From positions 1,508,986-1,572,985 of the forward strand of contig WLWY01000001.1 of the NCBI GenBank assembly GCA_012103325.1: DNA of 64,000 nt. The letters are read 5' to 3'. The notes beneath the pieces were generated by a model that worked only from the letters and a program-made list of their open reading frames with translations, searched no databases and was not told where the DNA came from. This stretch comes from Alphaproteobacteria bacterium (GTDB taxonomy: Bacteria; Pseudomonadota; Alphaproteobacteria; UBA8366; GCA-2717185). Of the stretch, positions 31,655 to 41,004 are shown in pieces (position 1 is the stretch's first letter; every line of letters starts with the position of its first letter). Made by a program: the position numbers and the translations under genes.

Positions 31655-32242
31655 ATGAGGAACGGCAACGGCAACCGATGGATTATGTTTTCCTGCGTCG
31701 GCATCGTCGCGGGAATGACAGCGCTGTCCTTTGCCGCGGTGCCACTCTACGATTTGTTCTGCCGCGTTACCGGCTATGGCGGTACGACGCAGGTGGCGTC
31801 GGAAAAGAACGATGTGATACTCGACCGGACGATGCGTATCCGGTTCGATGCTTCGATGAACTCGTCCCTCGACTGGCAATTTCAGCCGGTTCAGCGCGAA
31901 GTTTCCATGAAGATCGGCGAGAGCGCCGTTGCCTTCTATCGCGCACAAAATCTGTCGGCGACGGAGACGACCGGAACCGCCACGTTCAACGTCACGCCGC
32001 TGAAGGCCGGAAAATATTTCACGAAAATCGATTGCTTCTGCTTCACCGAGCAGCGACTGGAACCGGGACAGGCAGTGGATATGCCTGTCACGTTTTATGT
32101 CGACCCGGATATCGCGGACGACCGCAACCTCGACGATGTCAAAACGATTACCCTATCCTATACCTTCTTCCCGGCCGAAAAAGACGAAGCGGATGATAAA
32201 ACTGCCTTCGCCGGGGAGAACGACAAGCCAAACGTAAATTAA
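31655..32242 (+). CDS. ctaG: Cytochrome c oxidase assembly protein CtaG/Cox11
   Basis: N-terminal anchor plus the Cox11 copper motif KIDCFCFTEQ. Confidence 0.88.
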   Translation: MRNGNGNRWIMFSCVGIVAGMTALSFAAVPLYDLFCRVTGYGGTTQVASEKNDVILDRTMRIRFDASMNSSLDWQFQPVQREVSMKIGESAVAFYRAQNLSATETTGTATFNVTPLKAGKYFTKIDCFCFTEQRLEPGQAVDMPVTFYVDPDIADDRNLDDVKTITLSYTFFPAEKDEADDKTAFAGENDKPNVN

Positions 32243-32297
32243 CGTAATTGCAGTTAGATTCGGAAAAGCTGGAACAAGAACGAGTGAGAACGGAAAA

Positions 32298-33143
32298 ATG
32301 AGCGCGGAACACGCACAAAGCCACGACTATCATCTCGTCGATCCGAGCCCTTGGCCCATTGTCGGCACGATCGCGGCCGGATCTCTGTTTTTCGGCTTGA
32401 TTCTGTACATGCATCCCAGCTTCTTCGGCGATGACATGGAAGCCACGCTGACGTCGCTCGGTCTTTGGGCCATTGCGCCCGGTGTGGCCCTGCTGTTCGT
32501 CACCGGTTGGTTTTGGTGGCGGGACATCATCCGCGAAGCGGAGTTCGAAGGGTTTCATAAGCCGGTCGTGCAACTCGGCATGCGCTACGGCATGGCGCTG
32601 TTCATCTGTTCGGAAGTGATGTTCTTCTCCGCGTTCTTCTGGGCGTTCTTCGAATCGAGCCTGTTTCCGAAGGAACTGCCCTATGAAGTGCCGGGCGGCG
32701 TCTGGCCGCCGGAAGGCGTTGTGACGTTCAACGCGTTCGAACTGCCGTTCATGAATACGCTGATCCTTCTGTTGTCCGGTGTGACGGTAACCTGGGCGCA
32801 TCACGCGCTGATCGAAGGCGACCGCAAGAATTTGGTCCGCGGCCTGGGCCTAACGATCATCCTTGGCATCTGTTTTACCGCGTTGCAGGCATTCGAATAT
32901 ATGCATGCAGGCTTCTCCTTCTCGGGCGGGATCTACGGCTCCACCTTCTTCATGGCGACCGGTTTTCACGGTTTCCACGTGATCGTCGGCACTTGCTTCC
33001 TGATCGTTTGCTTCTTCCGCGCCCGCGCGGGCCACTTCAAGCCCGATCATCATTTCGGCTTTGAGGCGGCGGCATGGTACTGGCATTTCGTCGACGTAGT
33101 GTGGCTGTTCCTGTTCATCTGCGTTTACTGGTGGGGTGGCTGA
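32298..33143 (+). CDS. ctaE: Cytochrome c oxidase subunit III
   Basis: 281 aa, 7-TM pattern. FHGFHVIVGT and AAWYWHFVDVVWLFLF motifs. Confidence 0.92.
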   Translation: MSAEHAQSHDYHLVDPSPWPIVGTIAAGSLFFGLILYMHPSFFGDDMEATLTSLGLWAIAPGVALLFVTGWFWWRDIIREAEFEGFHKPVVQLGMRYGMALFICSEVMFFSAFFWAFFESSLFPKELPYEVPGGVWPPEGVVTFNAFELPFMNTLILLLSGVTVTWAHHALIEGDRKNLVRGLGLTIILGICFTALQAFEYMHAGFSFSGGIYGSTFFMATGFHGFHVIVGTCFLIVCFFRARAGHFKPDHHFGFEAAAWYWHFVDVVWLFLFICVYWWGG

Positions 33144-33153
33144 TTGCGGCGGT

Positions 33154-33531
33154 ATGGTGGATTTTTTTCCACCGCTATCACCCTATGCGACGGGATTGCG
33201 ATGCCGGTGCCCACGATGCGGTGTGGGACGTTTGTTCAACGGACTCCTGACGGTCGCCGCACGCTGCACGCATTGCGATTTGGATTTCAGCGCCTCGGAC
33301 AGCGGCGATGGGCCGGCGGTTTTTGTGATCTTCATCGTTGGTCCGATTGCGACCGGACTGGCGCTTTGGGTCGAGGCGGCATTCGCGCCGCCGATGTGGC
33401 TGCATCTCGTCCTCTGGATACCGGCGATCCTAGGCGGATCGATTGCCTTACTCCGCCCGTTCAAGGCCACGCTCGTGGCTCTGCAGTATCGCCACAAGGC
33501 CGGCGAGGCCGGGACGCGCACCTTCGATTAA
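33154..33531 (+). CDS. DUF983 domain-containing membrane protein
   Basis: Trimmed to ATG 33154. Zinc-ribbon pairs CPRCG and CTHCD followed by two TM helices. Conserved position after ctaE. Confidence 0.7.
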   Translation: MVDFFPPLSPYATGLRCRCPRCGVGRLFNGLLTVAARCTHCDLDFSASDSGDGPAVFVIFIVGPIATGLALWVEAAFAPPMWLHLVLWIPAILGGSIALLRPFKATLVALQYRHKAGEAGTRTFD

Positions 33532-33550
33532 GCACGCTTCGTTCGTGCGG

Positions 33551-34249
33551 ATGAGCTTTCGCCCCCAATTCTGGCCAACGCTTACGACGGCCTTGATGCT
33601 TATTGCACTGCTTGGCCTCGGTACGTGGCAGGTCCAGCGTCATGGGTGGAAATCGGATCTAATCGAGAAGCTGCATTCGCGCTCGGAAGCTGCAGCGGTA
33701 GAACTCCCTGACGGGCCGTCGGCCCCAGATGTGTTCGAATTTCAGCGGGTGCGCCTGACGGGTACGTTCCTTCACGACCAAGAATTTCACTTGATTGGCC
33801 GGTCGCTGCGAGGGAACCCGGGCGTGCATGTCCTGACTCCGTTGCGTCGCGCTGATGGCAAAGGATATGCCATTGTCGACCGGGGATGGGTGCCGTTTGA
33901 CCGGCGGGCGCCGGAGAACCGGGCTGCTGGTCAGATCCAGGGCGAGGTTACGTTCGAGGGGATCGTTCGCCTGGCTAAAGGACCGGGAATATTCACACCG
34001 GAAAACGATCCTAAGGGCAACAACTGGTATTTCGTCGAGCCCAAACTCATGGCGCGCATCGCCGGCCTTGATGCGCTGCCGGATTATTACGTGCTGTCCG
34101 GCGCGAAAAACATTCCGGGCGGGTATCCGGTGACGAAACAATGGCGGCTGGATATTCGCAACAATCACGCAGAATACGCGATCACCTGGTATCTCATGGC
34201 GGTCGTTCTGATCGTCATCTATATCGTCTATCATCGCCAGAAAACCTGA
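33551..34249 (+). CDS. SURF1 family cytochrome oxidase biogenesis protein
   Basis: ORF 33443..34249 trimmed to ATG 33551. N-terminal TM with LGTWQVQRHGWK; C-terminal HAEYAITWYLMAVVL. Confidence 0.8.
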   Translation: MSFRPQFWPTLTTALMLIALLGLGTWQVQRHGWKSDLIEKLHSRSEAAAVELPDGPSAPDVFEFQRVRLTGTFLHDQEFHLIGRSLRGNPGVHVLTPLRRADGKGYAIVDRGWVPFDRRAPENRAAGQIQGEVTFEGIVRLAKGPGIFTPENDPKGNNWYFVEPKLMARIAGLDALPDYYVLSGAKNIPGGYPVTKQWRLDIRNNHAEYAITWYLMAVVLIVIYIVYHRQKT

Positions 34250-35739
34250 TGTCTGCTGCTTATAGCGAACTGGAAGGCCGCTTTCGTCGCGCGGCACTGC
34301 TCGGCGAGTCGATCGGCATGCTGAGCTGGGATCAATCGGTGATGATGCCCGCGGGCGGGGCTGCCGCGCGCGGCGAGCAGATCGCGGCGTTGGCAGTCAT
34401 CCGGCATTCGATGATGACGGACCCGGCGCTGCCCGATCTTCTGGACGCGGCGGCGGACGAAGATTTGGACGACTGGCAGTCGGCGAACCTGCGCGAGATG
34501 CGCCGCGACTGGGCCCATGCGGCCGCGGTGCCGTCGGATTTGGTCGAGGCGATGTCCAGAGCGTCAAGCGCTTGCGAGACGGTATGGCGCGGCGCGCGAG
34601 CGGATGCCGATTTTGCGGCAATCTTACCGACATTCGCCGAGGTTTTGACACTGACCAAACAAGTCGGTGCAGCCAAAGCGGACGCTCTCGGCTGTGATCT
34701 CTATGACGCGCTTCTCGACGCGTTCGAGCCGGATGGTCGGTGCGCGACGATCGATCCGATCTTCGACAGCTACGCGGCCTTTCTACCGGATTTTCTCGAC
34801 GACGTGATGACTCGGCAAACGCGCCGCCCGACGCCGGAATTGCCGCCAGGACCGTTTCCTATCGCGGCGCAGCGCGCGCTGGTGCGCCGTATGGCAGAGA
34901 CCGTTGGTCTGGAATTCGGCACGGCGCGGCTGGATGAAAGCCTGCACCCTTTCTCCGGCGGTATTCCGGAAGACAGTCGGATCACGACCCGCTACGACGA
35001 GGCGGATTTCACCTTGGCGATGATGGGGGTGCTGCACGAAACTGGACACGCGATGTACGAACGCGCCCGGCCGGCGGCGTGGCGACGGCAGCCGGTGGGC
35101 GAGGCCCGGGGTATGACGGTTCATGAAAGCCAGTCGCTGCTTGTCGAGATGCAGGTCTGCCGCTCGCGCGCCTTCCTGGGCTGGGCGGCGCCGGTCATGC
35201 GTGACGCATTTCGAGGCAGCGGAGAGACCTGGGACGCGGAGAACCTGTATCGGCTTGCAACCCGTGTCACGCCCGGTTTTATTCGCGTCGACGCCGACGA
35301 AGTCACTTATCCTGCGCATGTTATCCTGCGCTACCGGCTGGAACGAGCGATGCTCGCGGGCGATCTCGCGATCGCCGATCTGCCGGGCGCCTGGAACGAA
35401 GGATTGCAGGGTTTGCTTGGCGTGACGCCGCCAGACGACCGGCGTGGCTGCCTGCAGGATATCCATTGGTACGACGGCGCCTGGGGTTATTTCCCGACCT
35501 ATACGCTCGGTGCGATGGCGGCGGCGCAGATTTTTACCGCGGCGGTGCAAGCCGATACCGATATTCCGGCGGGGATCGCGCAGGGCGACTTCCGACCCTT
35601 GATGACATGGCTTGCGGAAAACATTCATGGCAAGGGCTCGCTGATGTCGACCGGCGCGTTGATCGAAAGCGCGACGGGCCGACCCTTCGACGATTCCGCC
35701 TTCAAGGCGCATCTGCGGAGGCGTTACCTGGAAGATTAG
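34249..35739 (+). CDS. M32 family metallocarboxypeptidase (carboxypeptidase Taq type)
   Basis: ORF 34141..35739 trimmed to ATG 34249, which shares one base with the surf1 TGA. Motifs HETGHAMYE (HExxH), HESQS, IRVDADEVTYPAHV. Confidence 0.85.
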   Translation: MSAAYSELEGRFRRAALLGESIGMLSWDQSVMMPAGGAAARGEQIAALAVIRHSMMTDPALPDLLDAAADEDLDDWQSANLREMRRDWAHAAAVPSDLVEAMSRASSACETVWRGARADADFAAILPTFAEVLTLTKQVGAAKADALGCDLYDALLDAFEPDGRCATIDPIFDSYAAFLPDFLDDVMTRQTRRPTPELPPGPFPIAAQRALVRRMAETVGLEFGTARLDESLHPFSGGIPEDSRITTRYDEADFTLAMMGVLHETGHAMYERARPAAWRRQPVGEARGMTVHESQSLLVEMQVCRSRAFLGWAAPVMRDAFRGSGETWDAENLYRLATRVTPGFIRVDADEVTYPAHVILRYRLERAMLAGDLAIADLPGAWNEGLQGLLGVTPPDDRRGCLQDIHWYDGAWGYFPTYTLGAMAAAQIFTAAVQADTDIPAGIAQGDFRPLMTWLAENIHGKGSLMSTGALIESATGRPFDDSAFKAHLRRRYLED

Positions 35740-35804
35740 AAATTTGGACCGCCCGGTCTGCTGGACTACGCTGGCTCCCACAAACATGCAGGGGAGACAG
35801 CGGT

Positions 35805-36701
35805 ATGAAAGCAGGGTTCATCGGCACGGGCAGCATGGGGCTGCCGCTTGCATCTAATCTTCTGGACCAGGAAAATGCGCTAGTTGCGTACGACGTCAAT
35901 CCGGCGGCGACCAAGCCACTGGCGGAGAAGCAGGCGCGAATCGTCGACTCGCCGCTCTCGGTTGCGAACGAGTCCGATATCGTGTTTGCCTGCATGCCCA
36001 GCATCGAGAGCTTCCACGCCGTGGTTACCGGCGAAGGTGGGATCATCAATGGTAGTCAGATGAAGGTGTTCGTCAATCTGGGCACGATGGGCACCGAGGC
36101 GCTGGCCGAAATCGAGTCGACTTTGGGCGCGGAGGGTATCCCGGTGCTCGACTCGCCGATTACCGGCGGCGTGCAGCGGGCGTGGGAGGGCGATATCACG
36201 GTCATATCGTCAGGCCCGCAGGCCGTATTCGATCAGGCGGAACCGTTTTTGAAGTCCTTCGCGCGGGATATCCATTATGTCGGCGACAAGGTCGGCCAGG
36301 CGCAGATTGCGAAGATCTGCAACAACATCATGTCGTTCACAAATCTGGTTGTCGGGTTGGAAGCGCTGGTAATGGCGGCCAAAGGCGGCGTCAATCCGGA
36401 AAAGGCGCTTGCCGTGATCAACTCGGGATCGGGGCAGAACAGCGCCACGCTGTCGAAAATTCCGAATTTCGTCATGAACCGCAAATTCAACATGGAAGCG
36501 CCGATGTACATCACAGCGAAGGACGCGATGTTGTGGCGCATGGAGGCGGAGCGCCTGGAAGTGCCGCAAAACGTTGCCGGCGCGACCTATCACACGATGC
36601 AGCAAGCGCTCGCGATGGGATTGCGGGACGGCGATATGAGCGAAATGGTTAAGGTGATCGAGCGCGCTGCCGATTTCGAACTGCCTAAAACGCGCGATTG
36701 A
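35805..36701 (+). CDS. NAD(P)-dependent beta-hydroxyacid dehydrogenase (3-hydroxyisobutyrate dehydrogenase family)
   Basis: ORF 35466..36701 trimmed to ATG 35805. Rossmann motif MKAGFIGTGSMGLPLASNL. Size about 298 aa. Confidence 0.8.
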   Translation: MKAGFIGTGSMGLPLASNLLDQENALVAYDVNPAATKPLAEKQARIVDSPLSVANESDIVFACMPSIESFHAVVTGEGGIINGSQMKVFVNLGTMGTEALAEIESTLGAEGIPVLDSPITGGVQRAWEGDITVISSGPQAVFDQAEPFLKSFARDIHYVGDKVGQAQIAKICNNIMSFTNLVVGLEALVMAAKGGVNPEKALAVINSGSGQNSATLSKIPNFVMNRKFNMEAPMYITAKDAMLWRMEAERLEVPQNVAGATYHTMQQALAMGLRDGDMSEMVKVIERAADFELPKTRD

Positions 36702-36712
36702 GAGAGGACCGA

Positions 36713-37408
36713 ATGACGACTTACGTACTGGTACATGGCTCGTTTCAGGGTGGCTGGATCTGGCAACCCACGGCGTCGATCCTGCGCGCGGAAGGACACA
36801 CAGTCTATGTGCCGACCTTGGACGGCTGCGCCGAGCGCAAGGTGAATTTGCGCGCAGGCATCACGGTATCCTCCGTCGCGCAGGAGCTCGCGGACGCGCT
36901 TTTCTACGAAGATTTGAGCGATATTGTTCTGGTTGGAACCAGTTCCGGCGGACTCGTCGTCGAGAAGACGGCAGTACTCGTGCGCGACCGTATCGAGCGC
37001 TTGGTGTTCCTCGATGCGCTTGTGCCGCAGCCGGGCGAAAGCGTGGGAGACATCGTTGAGCGGCCACCCGGCGCGGTGCCCTATGAAACGACGGAGTTCA
37101 CCCGTGGGCCTTCGCGCGACGCTTTTGAAAACGGCCTGTTCAGCGAGTTGAAGGGAGACACGAAGGCGTGGGCACTCGATCGAGCGACGCCACATCCAAT
37201 CGGCCTGTCCGACCAGCAACCGGGAGAGCTCGATGCATTTTGGGATCAATCATGGGCCGCCAAGGTTATTTATTGCACCGAAAGCGCGAACCCGCCGGAA
37301 TCGCATCAGCGCCGTACCGCTGACCGTTTAAGTGCCGAATGGGTCGAAATGACCGCGGGTCACTACCCCATGCTGACCCATCCGGAGGAGACCGCACGGC
37401 TGTTATAG
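36713..37408 (+). CDS. Alpha/beta hydrolase (esterase-like)
   Basis: Trimmed to ATG 36713. YVLVHGSFQGGWIW and nucleophile elbow LVGTSSGG. About 231 aa. Confidence 0.7.
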   Translation: MTTYVLVHGSFQGGWIWQPTASILRAEGHTVYVPTLDGCAERKVNLRAGITVSSVAQELADALFYEDLSDIVLVGTSSGGLVVEKTAVLVRDRIERLVFLDALVPQPGESVGDIVERPPGAVPYETTEFTRGPSRDAFENGLFSELKGDTKAWALDRATPHPIGLSDQQPGELDAFWDQSWAAKVIYCTESANPPESHQRRTADRLSAEWVEMTAGHYPMLTHPEETARLL

Positions 37409-37515
37409 ATCTATCGCGCCGGAACGGCTGAAACAGCCAGATTTCGGGGCCGTGTTCCGCTTGCTTGCTTGCGGTCGTGTGGATAGTCTACCGGCCCCGT
37501 GACATGTGTCCTGAT

Positions 37516-37543
37516 CGCGAAATTCAAAGGATTGAATTTCGCG
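37516..37543. repeat. Perfect 12-bp inverted repeat with 4-nt spacer (cgcgaaattcaa agga ttgaatttcgcg)
   Basis: Read directly from the sequence. Lies in the AT-rich 240-bp gap upstream of thrC. Confidence 0.9.
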
Positions 37544-37592
37544 TGAATCAGCGCACTAACTATTTGAATCTAGTGTGATTCAGATCCTAAAT

Positions 37593-37615
37593 TTAGCCGC
37601 ATTCAATGCGGCTAA
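37593..37615. repeat. Perfect 10-bp inverted repeat with 3-nt spacer (ttagccgcat tca atgcggctaa)
   Basis: Read directly from the sequence. Flanked by an outer 7-bp pair, gtgtgat (37574-37580) and atcacac (37626-37632). Confidence 0.9.
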
Positions 37616-37648
37616 CTTCAGAATCATCACACTAATGAGGGAACGGAT

Positions 37649-39055
37649 TTGCGTTATATCAGCACGCGCGGCCAGGCGCCGGTGCTTGAGTTCGATGAGG
37701 TTCTGCTGGCCGGCCTGGCGCGGGACGGTGGCCTCTATTTGCCTGAAACTTGGCCCCAGTTCGATGCGGCCGAAATTCGCGCGTTGCGCGGTCTGTCCTA
37801 TGCTGAATTGGCCACCCGCATCATTGCGCCCTTCGTTGGCGACCGGATCGATGAAGCGGCGCTGGCAGCGATTGTTGCGGAGAGCTATCGGGATTTTGGA
37901 CACGATGCGGTTGCCCCGTTGCAGCAGCTTGACGCCAATCTTTGGGTGATGGAGCTGTTCCATGGGCCGACGCTTGCGTTCAAGGATTTTGCGATGCAGT
38001 TCCTCGGCCGGGCATTTGATCACGTACTCGGCAGGCGCGGCGAGCGCGTGACGATTGTCGGTGCGACCTCAGGCGATACCGGTCCCGCTGCGATCGAAGC
38101 CTGCCGTGACCGCGAGGCGATCGACATCTTCTTCCTATACCCGCATGGGCGCGTGTCCGAGGTTCAGCGGCGGCAGATGACGACGGTCGAGTCGGCGAAC
38201 GTCCACGCGATTGCGGTCGAGGGTACATTCGACGACTGCCAGGACCTGGTGAAGGCGATGTTCAACGACACACCTTTTCGCGACGAACTGCGTCTTTCCG
38301 CTGCGAATTCGATTAACTGGGCGCGGGTTATGGCGCAGATCGTCTATTACTTTCACGCCGCCGTTTCGCTTGGCGCACCGGACAGACCGGTTTCGTTTGC
38401 AGTACCGACAGGCAATTTCGGGAATGTCTATGCCGGTTACGCAGCCCGTGCGATGGGGCTGCCGATCGATCAGTTCATCGTCGGATCGAACGTAAACGAC
38501 ATTTTGCCGCGCTTCTTCGACAGTGGATCGCTGACAATGGCAGGCGTAACACCGACCATATCTCCTAGCATGGATATTCAGGTGTCGAGCAACTTCGAGC
38601 GCTTCCTGTTCGAATTATATGGCCGGGACGGTGCGATCACCGCACAGGCGGTCACCGAATTCCGGGATGCCGGCGCGCTGTCCGTTGGCGACAATCTTTG
38701 GCAGAAAGCGCGCGAGACGTTCGTCGGGCACCGGATGGATGACACAAAAACCAAGGCCGTAATCGGCGAAGTCCACGCTTCGAGCGGATATCTGCTGGAC
38801 CCGCACAGTGCAATCGCCGTCGCCGCAGCGCGTGCAAAGGCGAACGATGCTTCAGTCCCTGTCGTCGCGCTGGCGACTGCGCATCCGGCGAAGTTCCCGG
38901 ACGCTGTCCATGACGCGTCCGGCGTAACGCCATCTCTGCCGCCGGCTTTGGCCGATCTGTGCGAGCGGCCGGAGCGCATGGCAGTGCTGCCGAACGATCT
39001 GGCGCGAATGGAGGCCTATGTGCGTGACCATGTCAGTCTTTCGGGGGCCGCATGA
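37649..39055 (+). CDS. thrC: Threonine synthase
   Basis: TTG start giving MRYISTRG. PLP-lysine context FHGPTLAFKDFA. 468 aa. Confidence 0.92.
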   Translation: MRYISTRGQAPVLEFDEVLLAGLARDGGLYLPETWPQFDAAEIRALRGLSYAELATRIIAPFVGDRIDEAALAAIVAESYRDFGHDAVAPLQQLDANLWVMELFHGPTLAFKDFAMQFLGRAFDHVLGRRGERVTIVGATSGDTGPAAIEACRDREAIDIFFLYPHGRVSEVQRRQMTTVESANVHAIAVEGTFDDCQDLVKAMFNDTPFRDELRLSAANSINWARVMAQIVYYFHAAVSLGAPDRPVSFAVPTGNFGNVYAGYAARAMGLPIDQFIVGSNVNDILPRFFDSGSLTMAGVTPTISPSMDIQVSSNFERFLFELYGRDGAITAQAVTEFRDAGALSVGDNLWQKARETFVGHRMDDTKTKAVIGEVHASSGYLLDPHSAIAVAAARAKANDASVPVVALATAHPAKFPDAVHDASGVTPSLPPALADLCERPERMAVLPNDLARMEAYVRDHVSLSGAA

Positions 39056-40314
39056 GCGGCGTCCGCGCGTCGACGCTTCCGAATGGCATGCGGGTCGTCA
39101 CTGATACCGTCGATACGGTGGAAACCGTTTCCGTCGGCGTGTGGATCGGTGCGGGTACGCGGCACGAGCCGCGCGAGATCAATGGCGTTGCACATCTGCT
39201 TGAACATATGGCCTTCAAAGGAACCGAGCGCCGCAGCGCCGTCGATATCGCCCGTGAGGTCGAAGATGTCGGCGGACAGATCAACGCGTATACCAGCCGT
39301 GAGCATACGGCCTACTATGCGAAGGTTCTGCACGATGATGCACCCCTCGCATTGGATATTCTGGCGGATATTCTGCTTCACTCGAGCTTCGATCCGGAAG
39401 AACTTACCCGTGAGCGCGCTGTCGTGCTGCAGGAAATCGGCCAGGCGGAGGATACGCCGGACGATATCATCTTCGATCATTTCCAGATGGCTGCCTTCCC
39501 CGATCAACCGCTGGGGCGGCCGGTTCTGGGGCTGCCGGAAGTCGTCGAGGCGATGCCGCGCGCTTCGATCATGACCCACATGAAGCAGACCTATGGTGGC
39601 GAGGCAATGGTGTTGTCTGCCGCAGGCCGGATCGAGCATGAGCGGGTAGTCGATATGGCGGGATCGCTGTTCGAAGAGCTGCAAGACCAGTCGAACCGTG
39701 AATTTGCACCTGGCGCCTATGCGGGCGGCGAGTATCGCGAGGATCGCGAACTCGAGCAGGTCCATTATATTCTGGGTTTCCCCGCTATCGGATATCACGA
39801 CGACGCATTCTATGCCGCTTCGGTTTTGTCTTCGTTGTTTGGCGGCGGCATGTCGTCACGTCTGTTTCAGGAAATTCGCGAAAACAGGGGACTCGCCTAT
39901 TCGATCTATTCCTACATGTCGTTCTACGCGGATTGTGGCTTGTTTTCGATCTACGCCGGAACTGGCCGTGACGAGGCTGCGGAACTGACCCCGGCGCTGT
40001 GTTCCGAAATTTGTCGGCTTTCGTCGACATTGGAGGAATCCGAAGTTGCGCGCGCGCGAAACCAATTGAAAGCGGCCACGCTGATGGCGCTGGAATCGAC
40101 GAGCGTGCGTTGCGAACAAATGGCGCAGCAGACGCTTATTTTCGATCGGCAAATTCCCGTCGATGAGCAGATCGCGCGGATCGATGCGGTCGACATCGAC
40201 GCCGTCGCGGCGATCGCCGACAAAATATTCTCCGGTCGGCCGACGATAGCCGCACTGGGACCGCTGGACCGTCTCGCGAATTACGATTCGATTGCGTCGG
40301 CGTTGGCCTCTTGA
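39052..40314 (+). CDS. M16 family zinc metallopeptidase (mitochondrial-processing-peptidase-like)
   Basis: Inverted zinc motif HLLEHMAFKGT. 420 aa. The start overlaps the thrC stop (ATGA). Confidence 0.88.
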   Translation: MSGVRASTLPNGMRVVTDTVDTVETVSVGVWIGAGTRHEPREINGVAHLLEHMAFKGTERRSAVDIAREVEDVGGQINAYTSREHTAYYAKVLHDDAPLALDILADILLHSSFDPEELTRERAVVLQEIGQAEDTPDDIIFDHFQMAAFPDQPLGRPVLGLPEVVEAMPRASIMTHMKQTYGGEAMVLSAAGRIEHERVVDMAGSLFEELQDQSNREFAPGAYAGGEYREDRELEQVHYILGFPAIGYHDDAFYAASVLSSLFGGGMSSRLFQEIRENRGLAYSIYSYMSFYADCGLFSIYAGTGRDEAAELTPALCSEICRLSSTLEESEVARARNQLKAATLMALESTSVRCEQMAQQTLIFDRQIPVDEQIARIDAVDIDAVAAIADKIFSGRPTIAALGPLDRLANYDSIASALAS

Positions 40315-40376
40315 CCTAAAGGGCTAAATATCGATTTTTGAGTGAAATAAGGCTACAGCGTAACGTATAAAAAATA

Positions 40377-40967
40377 ATGTTTGGTTTGCTCTCGGGAAAC
40401 TCGTCTACCGTTCGTCTTGTCGGATCGAATGTCGTGCTTCGGCCACCGATGCGGTCCGACGAAAAACAGTGGATCGACATTCGCGAGGAGAGTCGTGATT
40501 TCCTGGAATTCTGGGAACCGACATGGCCATCCGACGCAACCACCCCCGCTGCGTTCAGGCGTCGCCTGAAGAAATTCTCCGCCGACTGGCGCGATGGCGC
40601 CACATATGCCTTCCTGATTTTCCGACGGGAGGACGAGGCCCTTGTCGGCGGCATCACGCTTTCGAACGTGCGCCGTGGGGTCGCGCAATCGGGGAGTGTT
40701 GGATACTGGATGGGTAAGTCGTATGCGCGCAACGGCCATATGGCGGAATCGATTCAGCTGTTGCTCGATTTCGCGTTCGACACCCTGGGTCTGCATCGTG
40801 TGGAAGCAGCTTGTCTACCGTCGAATGAGCCGAGCCGAAGCTTGCTGTTAAAAAGCGGGTTTATACAGGAGGGGTTCGCGCGCCGATATCTCCGTATCAA
40901 CGGCAAATGGCAGGATCACGTTTCTTTTGCGATACTCCGGACCGACCCCCGGCCGAGAATGGATTAA
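40377..40967 (+). CDS. GNAT family N-acetyltransferase (RimJ/RimL-like)
   Basis: RimJ-like pattern LRPPMRSDEKQW...GGITLSNVRRGVAQSGSVGYWMGKSYARNGHMAESIQLLLDFAF...LHRVEAACLPSNEPS. Confidence 0.8.
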   Translation: MFGLLSGNSSTVRLVGSNVVLRPPMRSDEKQWIDIREESRDFLEFWEPTWPSDATTPAAFRRRLKKFSADWRDGATYAFLIFRREDEALVGGITLSNVRRGVAQSGSVGYWMGKSYARNGHMAESIQLLLDFAFDTLGLHRVEAACLPSNEPSRSLLLKSGFIQEGFARRYLRINGKWQDHVSFAILRTDPRPRMD

Positions 40968-41004
40968 CGCTGATTTAGAGCGGCAGCTGTTATGGAGCGA
41001 GCGC

